Source of the DNA: Octopus vulgaris
Lineage: Eukaryota
Assembly: GCA_951406725.2 (NCBI GenBank)
Contig: OX597814.1
Location: 126,418,001 to 126,482,000 of the forward strand
Length of the DNA: 64,000 nucleotides
Direction: 5' to 3'
The notes beneath the pieces were generated by a model. It ran no database searches. It was not told the DNA's origin and saw only the letters and a program-made list of their open reading frames with translations. Shown here piece by piece: positions 43,006 to 54,794 of this stretch. The stretch's first letter is position 1. The number at the start of each line of letters is the position of its first letter. The position numbers were made by a program, and so were the translations under genes.

Positions 43006-44214
43006 TAAACAATAGCAACATTAACAACCCCCCTTCTATTTCTGTTCAGTCATTACATGCCCTCTCCTTCTCTTCTCACAAACTTGTGAATTTACCCACC
43101 CACTCTTCCTATCCAATCCTTGCTCTCACTTCACTTATACCTCCCTGTAACTTGAATGTACCCCACTCCATCACATCATTACTGTCTTCTCTCTCCCTCC
43201 TCTCTCTCTTCTTTCTCCTCTCACTCTCTCCCCTTCTGAGGTATTCATATATCTCCTTTCAGAAGCTGCTTCTGTCAATACTACTCCTCCACTCTTGGAA
43301 TCTTGTCTCACATTTCACTCAGTGACTTCACTGCTGCTGGTACCTCTTAAAAAGAACATAGTACACTTTATAAAGTGGTTGGTGTTAAGGAGGACAACCA
43401 GCTGTAGAAACCATGCCAAAGCAGACAGTAGAGCTTCGTGCAATCTTCTGACTTGCCAGCTCCTATCAAACCGTTCAACCCATGCCAATATGGAAAATGG
43501 ACATTAAATGATTATGGTGGTGGTCGTGCTGGTGGTGCTGGTGCTGGTGCTGCTGGTGCTAGTGGGTGGTGGTGCTGGTGCTGGTTATTATTATTATAGT
43601 TATGTGGAAACATGTGAAAATAAATCTTTAATCTCTTTAGCATTTCTAGAAAGATTTCAGTAATGAGCAGCTGATTATTTACTGAGATAAGTAGAGATGA
43701 ATAAACAAGTTTTATAGCTGAGATTATTCCTCTGACACACAACATACAAACTTCTGTCGATGTGAATTAATTCCAGCTGAAGTAACCATAGTTTTCAACT
43801 CTTCCGAAAATGCAAACAAAGCATTGGAAAGGATTTGTGTACAGAGTCTTAACCAGTCCATTTAACTGAATAGTTCTTGTCAAATTAATAGCCACTATGT
43901 AAAATTATTAGTGATATGAAAGATATTTAGCTTAAAAGTTATTGTGGTTAAGAAGCTCATTTTGCAATCACATAGTTCCAGGTTCAGTCTCACTGCACTA
44001 CACCTTGGGCATGTATCTGCTACTTTACCCCTGGACCAACCAAAGCCTAATGAGTGAGTTTGGTAGACAGAAGCTGTCGTATATGTGTTTCTTTGCATTT
44101 GTTTTTATCCCCAACCACAGCTTGACAACTGGTTTTGGCTTGTATGTATACCCTGTAACTTAGCAATTCAGTAGAAGAGACCAAACTAAAACAATATGTT
44201 TGTTCCTTCTCAAG

Positions 44215-44500
44215 CCATACCTGGCTCATAAGGGCCAGTTTTCCAGTTTCCTTGGCATATAGGTTTCCCACCTGGACGAGATGCCGGTCCGCCGCAGGTG
44301 AGATGCAAGATGCAGGAGGAAATAGTTAGAGAAAGTTGTGGCGAAAGAGTCAGCAGAAGTTTGCCATTACCTTCTGCCGGAACCGCGTGGACTTTGGTGT
44401 TTCACTCATAAACACACACATCGTCCAGTCTGAGATTCGAACCCGCGATCCCTCGATCGCAAGTCTGCTGCTCTAACCACTAGGCCATGTGCCTTCATGC
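44215..44500 (-). mobile_element. tRNA-derived SINE, family D
   Basis: Minus strand ggcacatggcctagtggttagagcagcag...gggttcgaatctc; related to 48940-49236. Confidence 0.7.
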
Positions 44501-44857
44501 AAAACAATATGTACTGGGGTCAATATTTGTTCAAGGAAACCTTTCAAGACAGTGCCCCATCATGGTTTCATTCCAATGACTAAAGTAAGTATAAGAGTTA
44601 ACTAGTTTTTGTGTGTGCCTGATGAACGAGAACCATGATGGGTAGCACATGCTGGGAGACCCATCCAACCAATGTCAGCATGAACAAATAGACTTGGTGG
44701 TGGTGGTGGTGGTGATGATGATGATGATGATGATGACTACTACTCTCACCACATTGCTATATTTTTGAAGTTCAGTCAGAGACTCTCTTTTCAGATTCTG
44801 CTTCTAAATTTGATTGACTTGATTAAAACTGCATCCATTCTTTATTCTTACATTCAG

Positions 44858-45064
44858 GTGGCAAAAGAAGAGAACTCTTGTATTTATCTAAGAGTATGGA
44901 TCACATTTTCGGCCTTCAAATCTATGAACACTTGCTGTTCTACAGTCGCTGGTATGAACCAAGTGTCCACATGGTTGACATGATAACTGGTAAAGATGAA
45001 ATATTTATTGATCACCTCACCCAACCAACTGCCATCGTAGTTCACCATCCGTCCAATATAAACG
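44858..45064 (+). CDS. LRP-like exon 10 (end of propeller 2)
   Basis: ttcag/gtaagt; GGKRRELLYLSKSMDHIFGLQIYEHLLFYSRW...LTQPTAIVVHHPSNIN; phase 1 to 1. Confidence 0.92.
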
Positions 45065-46226
45065 GTAAGTAATCATTACTCTGTAAGTCCTCTGATACTC
45101 ATGTTAGGGAATGAAATTAAGTTAAAATTCCTTGACTTGTGAGGTTCAATAACAAATAGCAATAGAAGATTATTACACAGTTTTGAAATGTTCTGAAAGA
45201 TTCCATAATTCTCCAACTACCTGCATGGCCATACTCAGACACACACTCCTATCAACCCATGCTCCTACATGCATACAGTGTATTTATCTATTACCTATTG
45301 CTAATATAAAGTGTTGGGGGTTAATACATAGAGAAGCTAAGTTATACCTTATTCACCACACATGTTTATATCAGCCTAATTCTATCACAGCAGAAAGGCT
45401 AATCTCTTCTGTTATAGCAAGCTGACAGTATTAATTTTGACAGTTCTGTCATATAGTGGCTTCAGCACATTTGGTGAACCTTACATAGAAAACATTAGGT
45501 TATATAAATCGTTCTTCACAGCCAATAACCACCAATACTAACACTCTTAACATCACAACCAATTATATTTACTTATTTTTGCAAAGGGAAAAAAAATTAC
45601 TAAATAATAACAGTTTAACAGCTTCTGCTTCTTTTACAGAACACATTAAATCAGTATTGTTCCTCGGACCCTCAGGGAATGTACTTACTTCTGATGTTTC
45701 TTGCCACAGGTTTCCTTCATATCATTTCCATATCCTTCAGTCTTACAGCCTCAGGTTACTAATCTATCTTCTCACAACAATAAATTACTTTTACCAATGA
45801 TCTACCAACTTGAGATTTACCAAAATCTTTTATGCTTACTTTCACAATCCAGCAACAGCAACATCTTTTGCAGTTTCACTTCACCTTATTCTTCAGTCTT
45901 TAATACTATAGAGCAGAGATAAGCTTCCAGTGAGCCAAGTCTATAACCTGGTTTTGATCTTTGGCTTTACCTCACATCGCTACCTTACAAAGGCATGAAC
46001 ATCATACAATCTCATCTCCCCTGCCTAATAAATCTGAGAAATAAATAATAAATAAAAATCAATAATTACTTTAAGACTGTTCTATCATAGTGTACATGAA
46101 ACATTTTTTTTTTCTGGATGCCATCAGCAACAGACCAAAACTAACATAACCCATCACCACCATTACCAGTCTCGATATAATTACATCCATTTTCTGGTCT
46201 CAAAATTCTCATTCTTATGCTTTCAG

Positions 46227-46346
46227 AGAGCAGTTTTTGCAACACAGATAAAAATGACTGCAAAGGTATGTGTGTCCCAGTGCCACATAACTATCACTGT
46301 ACCTGTGACCCTGGATATCAATTAACTGAAGAGAAATGTATAAAAT
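46227..46346 (+). CDS. LRP-like exon 11 (EGF-like domain)
   Basis: tttcag/gtaagt; ESSFCNTDKNDCKGMCVPVPHNYHCTCDPGYQLTEEKCIK; phase 1 to 1. Confidence 0.92.
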
Positions 46347-46952
46347 GTAAGTTATCTTTCTGCCATTTCCACATCAAACTGTTTCTCTTCATTTTATATA
46401 GTTTAGTTTTGCATTTCAGAAATTATTTCTCATTTGTTAAACAGATGTAAATATTTTGATGTGTGGGATGAGTTAATGTTAATACAGCTATGATTGCTCA
46501 GACTATTAATCTCATGTTTAGAGATGAAATATTATTACATGCATCAATAGATTAAAGTGTTACTTCACTTAGTTTTAAAATTAAAGTTCCCTAGATCACA
46601 TCTGGTCCAAGTACTGTGTACATTTGCTAAAGAATGAAAGAAAGAAATGTATTGTAAATGCTAAAGATAAAATTAATGCTCATAAAAATTATAATTATAT
46701 TAAACAAAACGTTTGTGTTGATACACAAACTGAGCATAAAAATATATAAGAGAACTGTCTAGGCCATCAGGCATTCACATTTTCATGTTCAAACTGTATA
46801 TTTGTATAAAGATACTCCATCTAACAAATAAACACATATCCAATGTTCAGTCTTAGTTTACTTTTCAATAATAGGAATTGAAATTTTTAATTATTTCTCA
46901 AAAGAAACTGTAAATAATATTTGACTAGCAAAGAAGACTGTGATGTATGTTC

Positions 46953-47172
46953 AGGCAGAATCGTTAGCACACCGGGCGAAATGCATAGCCGTATTTCGTC
47001 TGCCGTTACGTTCTGAGTTCAAATTCCGCCGAGGTCGACTTTGCCTTTCATCCTTTCAGGGTTGATAAATTAAGTACCAGTTACGCACTGGGGTCGATGT
47101 AATCGGCTTAATCCGTTTGTCTGACCTTGTTTGTTCCCTCTATGTTTAGCCCCTTGTGGGTAATAAAGAAAC
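46953..47172 (+). mobile_element. SINE family B (Deu/Nin-like), young CpG-rich copy
   Basis: ggcagaatcgttagcacaccgggcgaaatg...gaggtcgactttgcctttcatcctttcagggttgataaattaagtaccag; similar copies at 21810 and 37595. Confidence 0.8.
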
Positions 47173-47371
47173 AGATATAGAGTCTGTTAGTTAATGCTCT
47201 GAGGAAGAGAATGGGGACAAACTCATTACCTCCTCAAGTCCCTGCTCTTGATTATTAGGTGAGACTACTACTGCCAGGTAATGTTTAATTTTATATATTG
47301 AAAGTTGGGTATCAGAGTAAAAAATGAAGGGACTACCAGAAGGATGTCAATTGAGAAGAGAAGGGTAAGAA

Positions 47372-47790
47372 TATGTAACAGAGTTGAGTCAGTTGATAAA
47401 TTTGACTGATAATGTGACACATTTGGCTGCCAATGTAATAGGGTTGAATGTTAATGCAACAGAAACTGCCCTTGCTATAACCAAGTTCACTCTCAATGTA
47501 ATAAGGTTGACCATCAATGTCTAGAATTAACCCTCAATGACACAAACCTGACCGTTTATGTAACACAGTTGACTGTTAATGTAACACAGTTGACTGTTAA
47601 TGTAATGCAATCCTCTGTACTATAACTGAGTTGAATGTCAATGGAACAAAATTAACTCTTAATGTAACAGAGTTAATAGTCAACATAACAGGGTTGACTA
47701 TCAATATAATATAATTGATTGTTAATGAAACAGAGTTGACCATCAGTATATAATTGACTATCAAAATAACTGAATCAATCTTACATTAAT
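47372..47790. repeat. Degenerate 21-bp minisatellite (AATGTAACACAGTTGACTGTT-like)
   Basis: Two near-exact tandem units at ~47557-47600, with degenerate units on both sides. Confidence 0.75.
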
Positions 47791-48083
47791 GTAAAAGATT
47801 AATGCGAATGGGGAGTTTTTCTTAGAAGCATCATTTAGGATTTCATATATTAGAAAAATACCTAAATGTTTAAAAGAGTTTGTACAATTATTTGAATCCG
47901 CTTCCATCTAAATATATTCATTCATATTATATGACAATTGGGGAGCAAGAAAATTGTTGATTATAGGTTTTGAATGTGACACTCACTCATTCACTGCATT
48001 TTTGATGGTGCCAGTAATTCCGTGCAAAACAAATATTCACAAAAGACATTGAGTGCGCCAGCTTTTTTAGTGTTCTTGTCAAT

Positions 48084-48160
48084 CTTTTATTAATATATTA
48101 TTAATGATATACGTCTTTTATTAATATATTGTTAATGATATACGTCTTTTATTAATATAT
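48084..48160. repeat. 31-bp tandem duplication (~2.5 copies)
   Basis: cttttattaatatatt(a/g)ttaatgatatacgt repeated. Confidence 0.85.
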
Positions 48161-48939
48161 AAATTGATGAAACACACACATATGCATGCACGAAAGTACT
48201 TCCCTACCTGCCCTTTGGGTAATATTAAGGGAACAAACTCAACTAAAGAAGGGAGTAAGCAGTTGGTAGTTATGATAGTGTTAGCAGAAGTACTGACAGT
48301 GATATTGGTGTTGTGTAATGGTGAATGGGAAAAGATATAGAGACAGAGAGAATGTGGAGGAGGAAAAAAAAGGTGGGAATTGAATCAGGGAAGAGGTAGA
48401 AATAGAAGGTATGAGAAAGAAAATAAGACATAGGATTCTAAGAAGTAAGCAGGTTAATAAGAGTGGGAGTTAAAGTATACATGCAAGAAAAATGAGATGT
48501 AGGAAGCTAGGAGAGTTACAAATGAAGGCAGAAGGTAGAATGAAGAATATGGAGATATAGCAATGTTTATGATATCATTGCATTCTTAATCACCTCATTT
48601 TCTCATCCCTTCTCCTCTCTCTTTCTCTTTCTCTCTCACTTGGAATTTGTTTGAAGTGCATCTTGTATGTATGTGCAAAGGCAAAGAAGGTGTCAAGGTG
48701 TAAGTAAAGATGTAGTTGGGTGGAAATTCCATGAAGCTATGCTAGGAGATACTTACCCAACCTGTGCCATGACACTGGCTTTAACTTTGCCAATCATTGG
48801 TGAAGTAAAATATAACGTTGACTTTTGCACATTTTGAACCCAGAACATACAGGAGTAAAAGCTAAATTTTATTAGGTATTTAGATTATGCTACAGTCTGT
48901 ATTGCTGTTCCTGTTGTTGTTGTTGTTGTTGAGCATAGC

Positions 48940-49236
48940 GGTCTTCGTCTAGTGGGAGAAGTCTGAAACGTGGTCCTTCGCTATTCGTAAGACCCGCAAA
49001 AGAGAAAGCAGGTCAACCCCCAACACCGAGAGCATCAACGGATGGATGGATGTGCATCCAGGCTCAGCGGTTGCGTAGGAAGTCGGGGACAAGAAACAGG
49101 AAGAAAGAGTGAGAGAAAGGTGGAGCTTTAGGTGTTTTCGCTCAATAAACACACACAACGCCCGGTCTGGGAATCGAAACTGCGATCCTCCGACCACGAG
49201 TCCGCTGCCCTAACCATTGGGCCATTGCGCCTCCAC
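48940..49236 (-). mobile_element. tRNA-derived SINE, family D-related
   Basis: Minus strand ggaggcgcaatggcccaatggttagggcagcggac...gtttcgattccc, followed by a (CAA)n tail. Confidence 0.75.
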
Positions 49237-49330
49237 TTGCTGTTCCTGTCTTTGATAGGGAGGAAAAGAATAGTAGTAGTCATGGTGAAGAGTAGGAAGA
49301 GGAAGATGTAAATATAGAAAATGCCAAATA

Positions 49331-49697
49331 CAGGGTAACCATAAAGCCTGGATACATAGATGAAAATGCTTATTGTCAATAATTTTATTCAACTACATTA
49401 ATGGATAACAATTTTCGACATGGTCTCCACTATTAGTGATGCAAAGTGTGGTATGTGCTTTGTGAGATTCATATGAATCGAATGCAGTAACTCCACATTT
49501 TTTGTTAATTTGAGCAAATTCATTCATGATGCATTCCTTCAGATGATTCATATCTGTGATCTTCATTGAGTACATCTTCTCTTTCAGTATACTCTAGGAA
49601 AATGAAGTCAAGGGGATTAATATCTCATGAGCAAGAAGCCCATTGAAATAGAATATCAGTGATATTTCTCATGTATCCAGATTTTATGGTCACCCTG
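49331..49697 (-). mobile_element. Tc1/mariner deletion derivative (MITE-like)
   Basis: TA-flanked TIRs cagggtaaccataaagcctggataca / tgtatccagattttatggtcaccctg; C-terminal transposase remnant SHEI/NPLDFIF...YSMKITDMNHLKECIMNEFAQI...NSGDHVE. Confidence 0.8.
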
Positions 49698-50345
49698 TAT
49701 TATACATAGCATATGTCTAAATCTGGTTTAAATATGAGAAGATATAGTGAAATATGACCAAAAATTACCAGTATTCAGACTAGAGGTGTAGGTACAATGA
49801 ACTGAAGTATTGTAAATACAACATAAATTTGGCACATATTTGCTTCACAACATTGATAAAAAAGAAATGGAACCAATTATATCAAGTTTGTCCTCTCCTA
49901 TAAAATTAGGCAGTTTGGTAGCAAGGTTGGTAATCAAATACCATTAAACCAATGTTTCTCATTGTGGGTTCCAAGGAAGCTTGTGTTTTTGCAAAAAGAA
50001 ATCTTGAAGCTTTGTGAAACTAGATGTCTTCTAATGAAATTTACTTTATATTTTGTAAAAATGAAATTGGTAATCACCATTTTCAAAACAATAAGGTATT
50101 ATGTGTGAATTTACTTTTTTTTTTTTTGGCTAACCAAAACCTTGAGAGTAGGTTTGGTAGGAGGAAACTGAAAGAAGCCCATTATATATAGATTCAGTTG
50201 AATATGGTACTTAAGTTAAAGGCACCAGAATTTGGTATGGTATTATTATCCATATAATTCAAAATGGGGTGATTACATTACCTCTGGATATCCTTGTTGC
50301 TTATTTTGATATCATCATCATCATCATTTTCCATGCTAGCATGGG

Positions 50346-50396
<51 letters not shown>

Positions 50397-51123
50397 TATA
50401 TGTGTGTGTGTATGTATGTATGCGTGTCTGTCTTTGTTGTCATATCTCATAATTGTTGTAAATAAGCTCACCATCATACAAGTGGTCAAGTGATGTCCTT
50501 CATTTCCAGTCTTCCATGGAAACATGTGGCCATGGGGAAATATTATCTTACTTGGAAACAAGTGAGAGTTGGCAGCAGGAAGGGCATCCTGCTGTAGAAA
50601 ATCTGCCTCAACGAATTCCATTTGACCCATGCAAGCATAGAAAAGTATATGTTCAAACAATGATGATAATGTTGACATAACTCATTTTTCTCACTGAAAC
50701 CATTTTTGTTTCATTGAAAGCATTATAAAAATTAAGGTGGTGGTGGTTGTCCACAGAATATAGATATGGGTTCCATGATTTTTAGAAAATCGCATAAGGC
50801 AGTGTTTCTCAATCTTTCTTACTCCATGCCCCATTTCAATTTCCTAACAAAAGATCATACACCCCCACTACGACCAGACAAAATGCATGTGCATGCACAC
50901 ACACACACACATACCGTTTCCAAAATGGAAGTGAATATCTTTCTCCATGTGATTGGCTTGAGAAATTAAGACATTGTGATATTTTCTTACTTTTCTTAAC
51001 ATGAAACCAATGTTAACCTTAATTCACAAATAAAGAAATTATATTCACTAATGCAGTGTTGAGCACTCATTTCCATCATTCAACATTTATGTACATATAT
51101 ATATATATATATATTATTGTGTC

Positions 51124-51409
51124 TGGGGAGAGTCATTCTGTTCTAATGCCTCATTAATTAACATACTCACCAGTTCAATTTCCACTCATTTACTTATTTT
51201 TTCTAAAATTTTTGTTGCTTCTTGTAACCTCTTCAATAGTCGTTGACTCTGTCTGGATAGAGACGTCATCTCTATTCGGACAGAGTCAACAACTATTGAA
51301 GAGGTTACAAGAAGCAACAAAAATTTTAGAAAAAATGAATAAGTTAGTGGAAATCGAACCGGTGAGTGTGTTAATTAATAAAGACATTAGAACAGAATGA
51401 CTCTCCCCA
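51124..51409. repeat. Long inverted repeat, ~140-bp arms with a 5-nt loop
   Basis: tggggagagtcattctgttctaatg...ctgtctggatagaga-cgtca-tctctattcggacag...cattagaacagaatgactctcccca; the arms are reverse complements with scattered mismatches. Confidence 0.95.
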
Positions 51410-51646
51410 AGCACTAAAATTTGCATCAACATACAAATTCACATAAAGAATCTTGCAAACCAAATACAAAAACGATTTATATATATATATAAATTAAATT
51501 AGAGATAAAACCACTATTAGGCAAATCAAACAGTGAAAAACATAAACCAAAACATAAAAATAAAAATAATATAATATACAAAATATATAAAATATAAGAT
51601 TTAAAAATTTAAATTATTTAAATTTAAAATTAAAATTATTAATTTA

Positions 51647-51681
<35 letters not shown>

Positions 51682-52179
51682 TTTTATATTTTTTAATTCT
51701 AATTTTTTATATTAAATATATATAACTATCAAAAAGTATTAAAAAGTTTAATATAAGATAAAAAGTAAAACCACTACGTATGTTTCATGCCCATAACCTA
51801 ATTCGAATTACAATAATTTAAATTCAACTAATAATTCGAATTATGGTTATAGTCAATCTTCATGTTAATGATAATAGTTAAATAAATAATCAAATATATT
51901 TAAACAATATTTTTTAAGAAATAAATAAAATAATAATTTTTCTTATAAAAAACTCTATTATCAAACTAGAAACTTTAACGATTATAATTATGTCATACAA
52001 TCCAATTATAATGTTAAGTATTAATTTTTAAGGTAAGAATAGATAGAAAATGTATTTATCTATTCAGATATAATATGGCTTTAAAAAAACATAATAAACT
52101 CACGAATAACCTAATCTTAGTTGTAGTCAATATCTAATTACCTAATTATTTAACATAAAAATAATCTTAATTAAAACCT

Positions 52180-52221
<42 letters not shown>

Positions 52222-52606
52222 AGGTTTTATTTAATTAAGACTTTACTGAAAGTTTAATTCACTTGTTACTTGTGTTTCATTTGGAATTAACCCACACACG
52301 TCCCCATTAGTGGGGGTTTGTTCCTCCTGTCTTGAGAAACAACTACTGAACAACCTTTATTACGATTATTCCCCTTAGACCAAATAACCTTTACTCGTTT
52401 AATTACTGTAAATTATTGATACATTCACTATATGTTTTCTTATACAGTTGATGCTATTGTTTTATCGCTATGCTTAATGTTATTATTGTTGCAGTTGTTG
52501 TTGTCCATGAAATTCCTGTGTTTATATAATTCCGAAATTTTGTTTTTAGACCAAAGTAATATAGTTATTGTTTTCATAACTGATTGTCTTGTCTGTGTGT
52601 TTTCAG

Positions 52607-52750
52607 TGGACAATCCCTGGGAACAGTCTGACGAAGCCATGTGCCCCGAAGGATGCCCTGAGCATTCATTTTGCGCTCGTCTTATACCAACTCTGCATTA
52701 CGAATGCGTGTGCGCTGCTGGTTTCCAAGGAAACGGAGAAGTGTGCAAAG
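52607..52750 (+). CDS. LRP-like exon 12 (EGF-like domain)
   Basis: tttcag/gtattt; LDNPWEQSDEAMCPEGCPEHSFCARLIPTLHYECVCAAGFQGNGEVCK; phase 1 to 1. Confidence 0.9.
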
Positions 52751-54647
52751 GTATTTCGAATCAAACTTTACTAACAAGGGAAATAACTCTTCTTCATTCA
52801 ATCTAACGAGTTTTCTATCTTCTGTGGAAAGTTTTCTCAGCAGAGTTTTTATTTATCATAGCTTAATCAAAGGGGTAACGTCGGTGCCAACAATTCTTTT
52901 ATAAGGCCTTGAGACTGGTGGGAGAGAAAAAGGTAAATTTTGATTTACTTGCATTAGATGCCTGATCTTAATGCTAATGTCACCCAGAGGCTAGACAAGG
53001 GTGTTAACTGGGCTTTGGTTTAAGTAAACATTTAACTGATAAATAAATATTTAAAAAAACAGCCAAATAACACTATATGTTTCAAATTTAATGAAATTCT
53101 GATAAAGAATGTGAAGCATATTTGTTAGATTTTTAATAACAGATAACTTAATATCGGTTATGTAATAATAAAATTTTCAACTGAGTTTGTGTGAGTCAAA
53201 TAAGTATATCTGCCATGAGGAGCTGAAAGTTTAGCATATCAGACTCTTTCTCTTTAATGGGGAATAGAAAAAGATCAAAGAATAAGTTATTTGTCTGGTT
53301 ACTATGTCAAAGGGTAAGTGCCCTCAAAAATTATACTTTCTATTCCTCACAAAAATTAAACCAATTTTCAAACTTCTACAATGACACCTTTTCATTTATT
53401 GTTACTGATAGAGACCCTTACCTGTGTCTTTGTGTTCCAAACTTAACCTAATTAACATTTTCAGTCTCAGAGTTTCTTGTCCCCTAAACAACCAGTAATA
53501 TTCCTTGCAGTATGATAAAAAGGAATATTACACACACACACATACAACTCTTCCTTGTTATGTTGATATTTTTGTTTGGTACCTATATCAAAATTGTTCA
53601 AATCCTTGTGTAAGAGGTGTAGTGAAATTTAAGAGAGAAAAATTTCATTATAAAACTTATTGAATGTATCTGGGAACTGAGCACTTCAATGTTGTGTCTT
53701 CAGGTTGGATCCCCATGTGCATTCACTGACAAATACATATGCACACACATACTCATGCACTCATTTACAAAAATAGCTACAGTATATATTCTGAGATATA
53801 TCTTATCTAACATTATACATGATCTTTAACATAACAATAGTGGCTTGTCCCTCAGACTACATTCCCTTTGTCACAAATCCAGTTTCATTTGTGTTGAGTA
53901 AATCGATGTAGAAGTGTTCCTACAATTCTTGATATGTTGTCTCTGTTGTCAGTCTTTAATGTCATTGACCTTTCACAGTTCTTGTCTTCCTCAACATCCT
54001 TAAATTCTATAAAGTAAAAGTCTTGGCTGGATTATCAGATAATGTTAATGTGAAGATTTTAAGTTGTTGATTTACCAGAGGTCTGCCCTGAATGAGCAAA
54101 ATTCTAGGGACTTGTCTTAGACTACTTTGTCCTGGGCAAGCATCTATACATTATCCTAGGTATTAATTACAGCACATTGTCATGGATACACATTTATACA
54201 TTGTACTAGAAATACTTCGATGCATTTTCCTGAACAAAACATACATTTATGCATTTTCCTGGAGACACATCTACACATTACTTGGATACAATGCACATCT
54301 ACACACTATCCTGGACATCACACACATCTATTTTTCTGATCCTATTACACTTCTACACATTGTCCTGAATGTTAAATAGAGCTGTAATCTCTCACAGCTT
54401 CACCTTGTCCTGGAATTACATCTGTACAGTAATCTAACCAGTCACACTATAACTGAGATACTTTTTTCAATTTAATACTTGTTTCTGTTATTGATGCTGC
54501 TGTTAAGACATTAACTCCTGGCGTTTCTTAAGATTTTCACTCACCTACTCTCCACTGGAATATTCAATAGGATGAGTTAATTATCTCCCCATGTATAGCT
54601 TCCTAAGTTCAAAAAGTCAATCCACCATAATATGTCTCTAATTGCAG

Positions 54648-54794
54648 AGTGTCCCAACAACACATACAAGTCTGACATCGGTAACAGTACCTGCCTTCCA
54701 TGCCCTAATGATTCAGATTCACAGCACATATCAGCCTCAAAGGCCTGCCTCTGTAAAAGTCCATCAGCTCGGCTTGTAGATGGAAATTGTGAAG
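54648..54794 (+). CDS. LRP-like exon 13 (Ephrin-receptor-like / GCC2-GCC3 Cys-rich module)
   Basis: ttgcag/gtaatt; ECPNNTYKSDIGNSTCLPCPNDSDSQHISASKACLCKSPSARLVDGNCE fits the CPxxTYK...CxxCP...CxC pattern; phase 1 to 1. Confidence 0.88.

Noticed and set aside
47372-47790. Periodic repeat considered as a CRISPR-like array
   Set aside because: Tandem units without unique spacers, in a eukaryotic intron with no cas genes.
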